Positions 13,803-26,512 of a stretch of DNA of 64,000 nucleotides are shown one piece after another. Within the stretch, counting starts at the first letter, position 1. The number at the start of each line of letters is the position of its first letter. Source of the stretch: Atractiella rhizophila (taxonomy: Eukaryota); assembly GCA_021432655.1 (NCBI GenBank), contig MU271258.1, positions 29,774 to 93,773 of the forward strand, written 5' to 3'. The position numbers and the translations under genes are program-made. The notes under the pieces were generated by a model. The model did no database searches, was not told the DNA's origin, and saw nothing but the letters and a program-made list of their open reading frames with translations.

Positions 13803-14745
13803 ATGATGCAGTCAGAACCTCCAGAAGATTCAGGGTTCCAGAACTTGACAGACGCCACCAGGAAGTATCAGAGAGTACGCATTTCCCTTTTTGTGGAGCG
13901 GTGCTGGGTTCTGAGTTCCTCCTTGTAGATTGGGCAGGCATATCTCGGTTCGTCGTTCTTTAGACCTCTGGAATATTCGGTCTGAGCGTTTGAGTATAGA
14001 CCGGATAACGCCTTACACCCTCTACCGTTGGACTGGCACATGGGTCCTCCTACTTCTCTTTATGACCCGAGTTCTGCTCGCACAAGGATGGTATATCGTG
14101 TGCTACGCCCTTGGGATTGTGCGTCCCTGCATTTGACTAACCGCTCCTAGCTAACGGCCCTGAAAAGTACCTCCTCAACCTCTTCCTTGCGTTTCTCCAA
14201 CCAAAATTTGATCCATCACTCGAAATGGACATTGCCGAATCCGAACTTGAAGATGGAGCACCGACCCTCCCAACATCTTCTTCACAGATTGACAAAGATG
14301 ACGAGTTCAGACCGTTCATGAGGAGATTACCTGAGTTCAAGTTTTGGTTTTCGGCCACACGAGCAGTCCTCATTTCCATCGTTGCCTCCTTCTTTGAGAG
14401 TACGTCCCTCTCCTTGCTTATTGTGTTGGACTAATCCATTCTCCTCAGTGTTTAATCTACCTGTATTTTGGCCTATTCTACTAGGTGCGTCAATTTGACG
14501 AAGAGTGTCGTCGGCACTGATGGCCTTGGACAGTTTATTTCTGTGTTTTGTTTGCAATTACGATGAGAAGGCAGATTGCGCATATGAGGAAGTATAGGTA
14601 AACCTCCATCACACTCCAAAACTGAGCTGATCAAGGAAAAAAATAGGTATCTCCCTTGGGATATTGGGCGGAAAGCACGGTTTGTCTCGAGCCCTGTCAT
14701 GACATCTTTGACTGATTTCTTTTCTATAGATATGGGAGCCGATAG
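13803..14745 (+). CDS. RER1: Golgi-to-ER retrieval receptor Rer1
   Basis: YQR-AYLD-RITPY (10-nt micro-exon 13938-13947), QGWYIVCYALGI, YLLNLFLAFLQPKFDP, DEFRPFMRRLPEFKFW, PVFWPILL and MRRQIAHMRKY. Confidence 0.95.
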
Positions 14746-15050
14746 AATATTGGTTTTATACGAAGTTTTTCGATGATAGTCTGCATTATGACCTTTCTAA
14801 TGAAAGCCCAATGTCCGTCGAGTGACTGGCTTCAAGCCAAGTGTTCATCTGCTGAGGAGGCGCGTAACCACAGGCAGCCTGCCTGCTGCTAAATCTGACT
14901 GTAGCCTTAAACTGTCAATCCTGAATGTGCCTTGAAAGCCCCAATGAACCGGGAACACGTATCACTGTGGATGTAGAACATCATCAAACAACTGAACCAC
15001 CAGGCCTGAGAGCCTTATCTCCTTCCTACTCTTCCCAAATTACGAACGAC

Positions 15051-18000
15051 ATGAGACTTCTGCGACCTTTGTTCCTCTGCGCAATTTCCCTCCCACTAAT
15101 AGGCAAGTATTGTTCTCTTTCGCCCTTGGTGTTTGTTAATCTGGCGATTGCTCAGCTGCAGCCGATGTTCAGGTAAGCCTCAACGTGCAACGATTAGTCT
15201 GAATTGACTGCCAATTAAGGAGGAGGAGGCATCTTTGGCGGTTGAGGATATCCGTTTAGATGTGCGTACTTTATTCTGCTAAGGCTGGGTTATGAAGGAT
15301 TGTCGTGGGTAGACTGTGGCTGCTCAAGCCCCATTCGGCCCACCGAATACTTTACTGGAGGGCAAGCTGTCCTCTTCACTCTACTGTGCACAACATTCAT
15401 GTTCTCTCAGCTGAATCGGCATATCAACGCGCGCTCCAACTTCTTGCTCGATTGCCCCCTTTCCCTTCCCAGACCTCTGCCTTCGAGCTCCGTACCGAAA
15501 ACTCCCCAACCTCAGCTTCGGTATTCTCCTCTTCTTCCTATAGCAACTTTCTCGATCGAATAGAGCAGTCTGGGCACGGACCTGTCAAAGCTGCAGTCAA
15601 GTTGTTGCGTGCGATTTGGCCCAAGGCAACTGGCGCAAGGAGAGAAGATGGGTTCAGCATATTCGAGTTTCTGCGGAAGATCCAGGCAATCCTAACCTCG
15701 ACTCTGGATGGCAGCTCGGCAAAATCGTCACGAGACGACCGACATACGGCTATAAAGGACGAGAAGAAAAGAGCTAGTGCAATCAATGACGTCCTTCACT
15801 TACTCGAACAAAGCTTTGAGGGTGGACACCTGTCGGCTGGTATGAAGCTAGGTGAACTGCACTTCGTGAGTCTACTGCTTCGCTCACTCTAGTGTTTTAA
15901 GCCCAACTTCCTGCAGTGGGGTCATTCACCACTTCCTCGACACCGTCTAAGGCGTATTCCGTGTTCAAAAGGATAGCCGACGAGACTGGAGAGCCAGCAG
16001 CTCAATATTATATTGGTTTCCTTCAGAGCTCTGGTTTGATCACACCGAATGCGGACAAGGGGTTTGGAGATCAAGGCACAGTAGGATAATCCCCATTCTT
16101 GCTGGAGACGTGTTAAAAGGACCTTAGGCTATGTTGTACTACACCTTTGGTGCCTTAGGTGGAGATTTTCCATCTGAGCTTACCATGGGATATCGCCATT
16201 GGGCCGGAATTGGAACAAAATCGAGCTGCCTTGACGCACTTCCCTTCTATCGGAGTGCTGCTCAGAAATGTAAGGTATCTCCTCAATCTTCCGTCATAAC
16301 CTCTAATACTGGTTTATAGCCATGAAATCGTTCAACAATGGTCCACCCGGCGGTCGTACTCTCCCTCCAAGCAAAACACGTCTCTCCGACCTGACTGGTG
16401 GCGCGTTTGGAGCTGGCGCTTCTGTGGTGTCAGCCAGTTTCAACAAGTATCAACAGAAAGTCCAAGCCAATATGCAACCCAATCCCACCAGCCAGAGAGA
16501 ATGGGAAGACGTCATCGAATTTTATCGTTTCCACGCGGATCGTGGTGAAGCCCTATTCATGTTTCGTCTTGCCAGACTATACTACCACGGTTTCGGTGCT
16601 GGGTTGTTCGAGGTTGATGGGAGAGTGGGAGATGGTGGCAGGGACTTTAGGAGGGCAATGAAGTGGTTTTTAAAGCTGGCAAGGGCCGTGTGGCCACGAG
16701 ACCCTCCAGAAGCAACTAGCCCCCCTGCCCAAAATGGTAAATACAGCCTCAAGGTTATTGGTTACTACGATCCAGATAAGGATGCAAAAGTGAAAAGCGT
16801 TGAAGATCAGCTGGTTCAGGTAGCTGGACTTGCCTGTGGCTACTTGGGACGGATGTTTCTACGTGGTGAAGCTGTTCGGCAGGATTACGCCAAAGCCTTT
16901 TTGTGGTTTGCTAGAGGTGTTCAGACCGTGAGCTTCTTCGTTTTCTCCTTTTCTGTTTCTCACAAATTGGTACTTAGGGCGACCGAGAGTCTCATAATGG
17001 TCTCGGAATCATGTTCCGTGACGGTCTAGGTGTGGCGAAGGACATCAACAAAGCTTTGCAGCATTTTCAGACGGCGGCCCAAGCAGATCTTGCAGACGCG
17101 AACGCAAACTTGGGGAAGTTTTACTTAGGTGAGTACCTCTTCCCGCCACTGCCCAATGCCCACAGTTCTACAGGTATGGGCGACATGACGACAGCAGCTC
17201 GATACTTTGAGCAAGCGATCAAACATGGCGATATCTTTCAGTCGTTCTACTACCTCGCCGAAATTTACTCCATGAATACCGAGCAGGAGAATCTATGTCC
17301 TTCCGCCGTCTCGTATTATAAAATGGTGGTGGAACGAGGAGACTGGGACCACGAAGTATTCTGGGAAGCTGAACGCGCTCGTCTAACTGGCGACAACGCT
17401 CGTGCTCTTCTCGGCTATTGGGTCATGGCAGAGCGCGGTTACGAGGTTGCCCAGAACAATGTAGCGTTCCTGCTTGACCGCCGTACGTCTTTCGCTTGAG
17501 TAGGGGAATTTTTTTTGATAGCCTGCTCAGAGAAACAGAGCGTCTACGTTCCTTATCTTGATCTTCCGGTTAGCGAGAACTCGTCCGATAGATTAGCCAT
17601 GAGCTATTGGACACGCTCAGCAGGTCAAGACAATGTAGATGCGCTGGTCAAAATGGGCGGTGTGTTTTTTCGTCACCAAATGAATTGGACCGTTCTGACT
17701 AATGGCTGTCCATAGACTACTACTATGCTGGCGTCGGAAATGGTGGGGAGCCTCAATACGAGCAAGCAGCCGCCTGTTATCAGAGTGCAGCTGCAACGTC
17801 ACTCAGCGCATTAGCACTCTGGAATCTGGGATGGATGCACGAGAACGGTCTTGGCGTGGCTAAGGATTTTCACCTCGCAAAACGATACTACGATCTAGCC
17901 ACAATAACGAATATGGAAGCTTCCTTCCCAATCACGCTCTCGCTCATTCGTCTGTACATCCGCTCGATCTATAATACCATTATCCTTCGGGATACCAAAT

Positions 18001-18584
18001 CCCTGTCTATCTTCACCCAACCTACATCGCAGGTCAACAAAAAGGAGGAACCCATATGGTCAAGCGCTAGATTGAAGGAGGTGATGAGGAAGAAACTAGC
18101 TGGTGAGCTTGAGGGTGGAGCACAAGCTGGTGGCGCGGCAGAACAGCAACAACAGCAGCAGCAACAGGAGCAAGGCGATGGGAGGGGAGAAGCAACTTTG
18201 GAGGAACGGGCTGGTGTTGCGCAAGCCGATGGGGCATTAGAACTTGAGGACGAGATGTTCATGCTGGAAGGAGAAGGCGATAGTCTCGAGAGTTTCGTCA
18301 TCATTGGGCTTTGCATGTTGGTTGGGTGAGATGCTTTGCTTCTGCTGGTTGATGGAGCGTGCATGCTCACGAAGTACTTTTACAGATGGCTAGTCTACTT
18401 TCGGCAGGCTCGCTGGGATGCACCGAACCGAAACAACGCCAATCAAAATCAAAATCAACCCCCGCCTCCTCAACCTGCTCAGGCACCAGTGCCTCCGAAT
18501 CAACCAGCCCCTACTGCGGCAGCACCTGCAGATACGGATCAGGATGAGAGGCGACGGGAGGAAGAGAATCCCCCAGCACAGTAG
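15051..18584 (+). CDS. HRD3: ERAD adaptor Hrd3/SEL1L (Sel1-like repeats, signal peptide, C-terminal TM helix)
   Basis: Hydrophobic N-terminus MRLLRPLFLCAISLPLI. Motifs LYYTFGALGG..MGYRHWAGIG, AERGYEVAQNNVAFLLD, WTRSAGQDNVDALVKMG and MHENGLGVAKDFHLAKRYYD, then a TM helix near the C-terminus. Confidence 0.92.
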
Positions 18585-18712
18585 CATACGCATACATTTG
18601 TTTAGTGTTTGTTGCAAGAATGTATCATTATCATGTTTCTCCAACTTGTTCCTTACAGCAGGTTAAAAGAAGGCAGAGATCCAATGGGTTTCATAAAGCA
18701 CAAGGTGACATG

Positions 18713-19591
18713 TTAATCAAAGAAATCGTCGTCTTCGGGGAGGTTGAGCTCCCGTGCGTCGACTTCTTTGTTGTCCTTGCGGTTGTCATCAGTATCTGAA
18801 GTGTTCTTCTTCTTGAGGTCCAGATTCTGCTCCGGTTCCTTACTCATATTGCCTTTCTTCATCTCATCCTGGACCCAAGCTCGCACCCAAGTCCTAACCT
18901 GGTCCGAATCCTTGCATTTGATCGGTGGCGGGTGTTGGAGGACTTCGGGCAGCGGAGAAGGATGTGGTACGTAGATGCTTGAAGGGAAGAGAGAGACATA
19001 TTTTCGCTCAGATGGATAGTTCTGCCATAAAAACCTTTTAGCCTTACACTGACATAGAGGCAGAAGAGGAATACCGTACTAAAACGTAGTTGAGGTCGAT
19101 GCGAAGACGAAGTAGCTCTTCCTCGCCCTTTGTGTGCTTTATCTTGCGGATGAGCTTCTGCCGCTCTGCTTATTGTCATCAGCACCAGTACCCTCGCGAT
19201 CTTTGGAATGCCTGTACCAAAAAATCTAACACCTGGATATAATGTCAGATCGTTATTCAAGTTCCAGCAAAAGTGGCCTGCGACGGGTTAGGGTTGCGAA
19301 CCTTTATACACATCGTCATTCTTCTCTGCAGTTTTGGCGGTCTGCGCTGCAGCAAGTTCGGCCTCCAATGCTTTTAAATTTGCTTCATGCTGAGTCTTAG
19401 CCTGTGAGTCTCCTTCCTGGACAATGCAACGTTAGCATTGACAGACACAAAATGGAACAGAGACATGCCTTTGCAAGCAGACGCTTCGCTTGTCGAATGT
19501 TGGCTTTCAGGCGAGAAATGGACGGTTTCGTTCGCTTATTTGGCAATCCGGCATCCTGTGAGCTCTGTTCTTCTCCCCTTTTCCTCTTCAT
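18713..19591 (-). CDS. EFG1: rRNA-processing protein Efg1-like
   Basis: SRLKANIRQAKRLL, VRFF|ERQKLIRKIK, LRIDLNYVL and a C-terminal EDDDFFD*. Confidence 0.8.
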
Positions 19592-20056
19592 GGCTCCTCG
19601 TCACCTGGCAGTGGACTTTAACCACTCCACAACAAAGGGAGCAAAAAGTTAGCGAACTGTGGATCGAAGGCCCGCTTTCCAATAGATTGGCACCGCAAAC
19701 TGCCAACATCGACGACGGCTCTCGCCCCAGAATCAGCGGGAGTCCTCTTAGCTGTGTGTTGTTCGAACAGATTATATCAATCTAGGCGTTATTTCGCCTA
19801 ACTTCGTTCTTTGGATTTTATAACTTATCACGCTCGATACCCTCGACTCTTTCTTTCTGCTTGTTCTCTCGGCTGGTCAACTTCCACCGTGTATCAGCGC
19901 TTCGGCTTCCTTCTCGCTGTTGATCCTACTTCGACTCTCTTGTTACTTCGTTTACACGTCTATTCCGAATCGCTATCGAAACAAACTCTGCGAACTCCCT
20001 CGTAGCTGCACCTCGTGACCACACCTTCTGTCTCAGTGTCTCAGTAGAGCATCACA

Positions 20057-22651
20057 ATGGCGGCCATCCCAGGCGACCCAGAGGTGACTTGTAACCCAAG
20101 GACGCTCTTCAGCACCTCTACAACCCTCATCCAGACCACAACCACCATCTTCGGGCTTGAGTTCCCTACCGTGAGTGGTTCCTTGCCCGGTCAGAATGGG
20201 TCATGATTTCGTTTCGCTCGCTTAGGTTATCACCTCTACCATCCGTGTTCCCACTTCTACCGTCTTCCAGACCTGTGAGTGCTCTCCTGACCGCTTTGAG
20301 GCTCGTGGCTAACTGGAGGAATCAAGGTCCTCTCACGACCTCTTCAACCTCTTCAACCTCAACCACAACTGGTACCACGACCACAACGGGTACTACGACT
20401 TCCACTTCCTCCACTACGGTGAGCTCTTCTTCGAGTTTTCGTCCCTCTTCCCCACTGTGCCCGCCAAGGACGTTGGCTGGCTCCACTGGGCGGGTGTATT
20501 TTCTTTTTCGTGATTCTTTGTCGGCTTTCTTTGTTCTCGTGCTTGTGCACCATGCGGTGAATGGTCCCCGCTTCAACGTCTTGGAATCACATCATTGTGT
20601 TAGCATAATGTTGAGACATGCGCCAGAAGGATGTCTCAGCATCACGCTTGAAAGGGCAATTCTGCGCTGGTTGCTGGAAGATTTCTTGATTTCAACAAAA
20701 GCAGGCGGTCTTTCGCATGCTTCCGTGGCCCATCAATAATAGCCGCATTTCCGGACCGTGTCCCTTTCAACCATCGCAATTTTCAAGCATTGCAATCCCG
20801 CAGATTCCTTCGGCGGAAGTAGCAATGGCAAGCCGGTGTTTTGGCTATGGGCGTGTGGTCCATCCGTGGGGCAGTGGGCAGTGGGCAGACAGTGGTCAAT
20901 GGTTTCTTTGCAGTCCTTGGTCGACTTGGTCTATCACGTCCGTTGTCTAGTCGGATCTCCAAGTCTTGTGGACGTGGACGACCGTGTCGACAGATCTTTG
21001 GCGCGGGTTTTGCGTTTACACGATCTTTTAGCCGTGCGCATCGATCGGAGGAGATTCTGACAGAATGGGGATGAGATAGAGTTCGACTTCAACAACGACA
21101 ACTTCGAGCACAACCACTACATCCTCCACAACCACCATTACTCCTCCTCCTGCGACAACCGTCACCTCCACCACTTTCACGTCATCCTCCACAACGACCA
21201 CCCTTGGTATTCCTAATAACAGTAACCAAGGGAAGAATGACGGAAGTTCATTTTCAACTGGCGCAAAGATCGGCGTGGGGGTCGCTGGCGGCGTGATCGG
21301 AATTCTGGTGTTGGGATTGATATTGAGATGGTTGATGAGTAAGAAGTCAAGAGAGAGGGATGACGAAATACTGGAGAAGTACAGGCGGGAGTCCAACATT
21401 TTCGCTGTTGATCATGGTGCTGCTCCAAACCGATTCGACTCTGGAAATGATGGACCTCCTGGGTTGGGCGGAGGGGATCAGAGTGGGTTTGGCTCTGGGG
21501 CAGCCACAGGTGCTGCTCTTGCTGGAGGGATGGCTGGAGCTTATGCGGCGAATAAGAGGAGGTCGCAAAACTCGCTGCAGAACCGCAGGAATTCGAGGCA
21601 TCAGGAGGATTACTACCCCTCGCACAACATGCCACCGAACATGAGCCAACGCCAACCTGCGCCAGTTCAATTCCTCGGACCAGGTAGACCTTCTCCAGAG
21701 GACGTTTTGGCGCAAGACGAAGACGACTTCTACGGTGGCAGCGGACCGAGCTCCCATTCCCACGGTAACTACGATCCTCGTTATCAACCAGCTCCACCGA
21801 ACCCCGCGTTCTACTACAATAATTCCTCTCATAGCCATCAAGGCTCTCCCCATGACACTCCTCCGCTTCCCGCTGGAAGGACACCCGGAGGATATTCAGG
21901 CGAAGGTATTCCTTATGCTGGCGGACATAATCAGCAGGATGACTTTTTCTATGCGTCGGCTGGTGGAGGAGGACCACCCCCAGGACAACATCCGGCCGCC
22001 CTTCGACCTGCTCAATCAACTGCCAGTCAAGGTCAAGGACAACGGCGGGGAAACGCTCCGCCTCCTGTCCCCGTCCCGGTTCCAGGAGCACCTCGCGATT
22101 ACAGTGATCAACAACGTCAGAGGGGCCAGACCTTCCATGAAGGTGACAAGCAAAGGGACCGACAGCCGGCGCGGTCTTCGACAATGCAACCTGGACCGAC
22201 CGTGTCGAACGATGGACAGCAGCCGAACAATTTCGACTTTCCTGATTTTCATCGCAGGACTTTCCATCAGGGTGATGTTCGCGCTTCCACTCAACAGCCT
22301 ACCAGTCCCAATAGGGAACGTCTGGATCAACCACTGCCTCCTCCCCCAGGAGTGAGGGATCCCAATAGAAACGGGAACGGGAACGGGAACGGAAACGCGA
22401 GAATGGGAGGACCGCGACATGGATCATCAGGCAACACGAGAGGTTCGGGTCAGCGGAGGGGGACTTCAGAGGATGACGCTCCCAGTGTGGTGTCAGTGCC
22501 TAATCTAGGAATGAGGAATTACGACGGTTCTTCAGCGGTGGGAGGGAGTATGAGGGGACCATTGAGGATCACTAATCAGTTGTCGGAGGAGCCTTACGAT
22601 GGGATTGCGAGCGAGGATGGTGGCGTTCCTCCTTCTTATCGAACAAACTGA
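20057..22651 (+). CDS. Single-pass membrane protein with a Ser/Thr-rich ectodomain and a long Gly/Pro/Gln-rich tail (Mid2/mucin-sensor-like architecture)
   Basis: Thr/Ser-rich exons at 20057-20170, ~20227-20274, ~20326-20418 and 21080 onward. TM segment GAKIGVGVAGGVIGILVLGLILRWL followed by SKKSRER. ORF 21275-22651. Confidence 0.75.
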
Positions 22652-23530
22652 CGTTGTTGTTATTCGTCTATTCCTCAATCAAGTTGACTTGCTCTTGAAG
22701 GTGTAATACATCGGTAGTACATGATGATGGGATATGTTCGTTTTTACTAAAAAACAAACGTCGCTTCAGCTTTGCGCAGGCACGGTTATTCCAGGTGTTC
22801 CCAGGTAACGGTACTGGGTCCACGTTTTCAGTGAAAACGGATGAGCGGATGACGAAGAAGGTTCATCCGATTCCAGCATTTCATACTCTTCCATCAGAGA
22901 TTTCATCGATGATGCAGGTGTATTTGTCAGGTTAGAAAGGCGGAAGGAGGAAAAAGTCGGAATGGACAGGCGGCGAGCAGCGTGCAGCCACAGAAAGGTG
23001 GCTGGATGAAATAATAGGCACCATTTCAGACGCATGCTGCTTTCAACGCTCCACCGGTCCTGCATCCGAGAGCTGTTCTGGGCTCTGTTGGTCCGAGGCT
23101 TGTCGCTGCATGCTTCGGTTGAACGGAATGTGTGCTGTTGCTTGTGGCTGTCGGAGATCCTCACATTGAGTGTGTCGCTTGAGGGCAGTGAGTGGGCTGG
23201 ATGATTGATTGGGTTCGATGGCCCTTTGTGATGCCCTGAGCAGGGATACCGAAGGGATGACCTGGGGATAACAAAGATGCAACAAAGATACGATCAATGA
23301 TGGATATCGATGGATATTGACAACAATGTGACAACAATTGAGGCAACGAACAAAGCGAGGAAGAAAGCTCGCCCAATGGCCCGAAAGAGCGGAAAACGGA
23401 TAAATTGGACAATTGATAAGAAAAAAGAAAGTTCAAGGTTAAACTCGGAGGCCAGACGTCCGGAAAGCAACGAGGTTCGAAAAACACATGAAAGCCGGAG
23501 GAACGACAAACGACGTGGGGGCAGGACATT

Positions 23531-23537
23531 TATAAAA
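23531..23537 (+). promoter_or_regulatory. Probable TATA box of the cyclin gene
   Basis: tataaaa about 85 nt upstream of the ATG at 23618. Confidence 0.5.
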
Positions 23538-23617
23538 GACCGACGCTCCTATCCTTCGCACTCCTTCCATCACCAGCCAGCCATCAGCAGAGGCAGCTAC
23601 AGCGTATATCGTTCAGA

Positions 23618-24816
23618 ATGCCTTGTGTAGCCCCAAAGACTCAGTCCAGGCAGACCGCCACCGTCCCTGATCCATTCTATGGTCATAAGGGCAAGTTTTT
23701 TATGCTTCCATTCTTCCTTCTTCTTTTCCCAATGTTGACTTCTTTCTTCCAGACATCGCTCTACTATCAGAGTTCGTCATCAACCAACTCTTCTCATCAC
23801 CAGGGACGCCATCATCAGCTTTTTCCTCATCCGCCTCTTTCTCTTCGATGGCTTCACCGACCAAGGGTCGTTCAGGAGCTTCGACTCCTCTCCGGTCTTC
23901 GCGACCAGTGCCACGTCTAGGTGAATTCATCGTACGTCTTTCGCTGCTCATCTTTCCTGACGCGAGGCACGCATGTTGACGCGAATTTGACGCACAGGCC
24001 TACTCGTTGTATCGCACGCGGTTAGCAGAGCCGATACTCTTCTCCGCCCTTCTCCTGCTACGGCGTTTGAAAACCCTTTATCCGACGGCCCGCGGCACCC
24101 CCACTTCGCCCCATCGCCTATTCCTCTCCGCACTCATGCTTTCGGCAAAGATCTGCTGCGATGACACCTACTCGAACGCAAGTTGGGTCATCGTAAGTAC
24201 GGGGGGTGGAATGGAGTGGAAGATCAATGAGGTCAATCAAATGGAGAGGGAACTCTTCGGCTTCCTCAAATGGGATGTCGTAGTGCACAAGGAGGAGCTT
24301 GAGGATTGGGAGGATGAATGCAGGGCGGCTTGGGAGGACGAGAAACGGTTTCTTTACAACGCTCAACTAGCCGAGGAGGAGGATGAGGAAGATGAGGATG
24401 ACGAAGTATGGATCAAGATTGGGAAGCTAGGAGCAAGGGATAAATTGGCCAAGGAGGCAGCGATGTCGTTGCTCAAGAACCATCCCACTACTCGCCATTT
24501 CTCCACTTCCGCCTCATCTTCGTCATCCACCTCCTCGTCAGGCTTCTCGACGCCGTCGCGCCGACAGCGACCGTCTCCCTACCAGATTCCTCCCCGTCGA
24601 ACAGCTTCTTGGGTGACCAACCACTCGATATCTTCATCGGATGACGATGCATCTCCAAATCTCTCCGACAGCAGTACAAGTTCCTCCTCGCTTCCGTCGC
24701 CACAAGGACCTCGCACACCAGAGTTCAATTTCAACCCAAGCCTAGATACTGCTTTTAGCAAATCGACGTCGAAACCTCAACCTTTTGTACCAGCGAGAAT
24801 GGACATCTACGTCTAG
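23618..24816 (+). CDS. Pho85 (PCL)-family cyclin
   Basis: DPFYGH, EFIAYSLYRTRL, ALLLLRRLK, HRLFLSALMLSAKICCDDTYSNASW and EVNQMERELFGFLKW. Two introns, the first GC-AG. Confidence 0.88.
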
Positions 24817-25147
24817 ACCCTTCGTGGTTCTTTGATTCGGCTCTCATTACTTGTTCACTTTCTCGTTTTGTGCAGTTTCTTGAGCCGTAATCATCTTGAT
24901 AGCTTCACATATTCTTACGAAGCACTTAATCCATGCCCTTCCATTAATTCTACGTACTCGTCAGTTCGGTTTTGTCCTTCGATATGTTTTAGGGACTGTG
25001 AATATTTGGACTTTCTTCTCCGTTTTGTTCGCGTTTGGTTCCGATATCCCAGTACCATCTTACCTCGTTCTTCACTCAAGTTTTACCTCTCGACGTGCGT
25101 TTTGTTTCGTTGCGTTGAATTGTCAAGCCGCATTTCATTCCAATCAA

Positions 25148-25172
25148 CAAGAAGAAGAAGAAGAAGAAGAAA
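25148..25172. repeat. (GAA)n microsatellite
   Basis: caagaagaagaagaagaagaagaaa. Confidence 0.9.
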
Positions 25173-25540
25173 GAGCACTGGTCTTGCCTTTACCTTACTT
25201 TGACATTGTAAATCTTTCGAACGATCTGACCTTTTTACGATTCGAGAATGCCTTTCACGTTCGCATCAAGAGATCAATGCAAACGAATAAAGAATGCAAT
25301 ATTAGGAAAGGATAATGAATAATGAAGTTGGAACAGATCAGTGTTTCTGAGCTCCCAGAGCTCCCACTTTCCAGATGCATGAAGTGCCAATAACAATTGA
25401 AATGTGAGTCTAGAACGAACATTGTATAGCCAGAGATGCCCAAACGGAGAAGAGGTCGGCCAAGGTAGAAATAGACTGTCCACAAAGCACGACCAAGTAG
25501 TGGCCCAACTGAATCAACCTGAATGACCGCCAATTTTCCC

Positions 25541-25755
25541 GGTGTGTCGGCGTGGGCGTGATGGAGATGAATGCCATTCTCACGAAGCACAGTTTGGGAG
25601 GTTCCAGACTACCCCCGGTGCTGCATGCTGCATAGAGTGGCCTCAGTAGGTGTGTCGGCGTGGGCGTGATGGAGATGAATGCCATTCTCACGAAGCACAG
25701 TTTGGGAGGTTCCAGACTACCCCCGGTGCTGCATGCTGCATAGAGTGGCCTCAGT
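25541..25755. repeat. Two-copy 108-bp tandem direct repeat
   Basis: ggtgtgtcggcgtggg...gtggcctcagt begins at 25541 and 25649. It appears as a duplicated 36-aa block in minus-strand ORF 25410-25766. Confidence 0.95.
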
Positions 25756-26512
25756 CGAGTTGCCATGGAGTTGACAAGCCGACGTTTACCGTCAAACGTT
25801 AGTTCTCAGACGTTGCAAGAAACGGTCAAGCTGGATCCAACGCAAATTCCTAGATCAAAACGATCGATGAATAGCCTTTATGTTGGTCGTGGTCCATAGT
25901 GACAGGGAACACTCCGACGGTCCTGAAGAAGAGTATAGCACAGAGGAACAGCCTTATGACACACTATGCATTATGCTGTTGTCCTTGCTCTCAGCCTTTT
26001 GAAACACTAGGATAAACCTGGTCAGGAGCAACACATCCGCAAGGTATTTAGATGTCCAAGGTTAAATTTCTGCCCTCTGAGCTATAAAGCTCAACCTTTG
26101 TAATGGTATTTTTTCATTGCACACCCAGACTGTCTTTCATAGAGCAAGAGCGCATACCGGTACAGCATTGCTTTTGAAGTAATAATGAAATGTACGACAC
26201 CTCCCTTTGCCAATTCGACAGCAAAAATCGAACCGTGTGAGGGAACTTCGAGATTTTCTACGTAGACCTTGACACTCGAACGCAAGCGAGAGATAGCCAG
26301 CATGAGCAACATTGGGAAAACTCGATGAGGTCCACGATTCGGTATTACAACCGCAACGAAGAAGAAAAATTGCATCTCCTTGCTTTTATAACTTCAGCCT
26401 GAGCGACCAACCGCGACTTCGGGCGACTTATCGCGCAAGTCTCGCCACCGTTGGCATCGTCCCTTCCTTCCTTCCTTTGTGAAACTTGGACTGAGGAAAC
26501 ACTTTTGCCAAT

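Noticed and set aside
21213..22420. Long overlapping ORFs (323, 206 and 168 aa) over the membrane-protein tail
   Set aside because: Expected by-products of GC-rich, low-complexity coding sequence.
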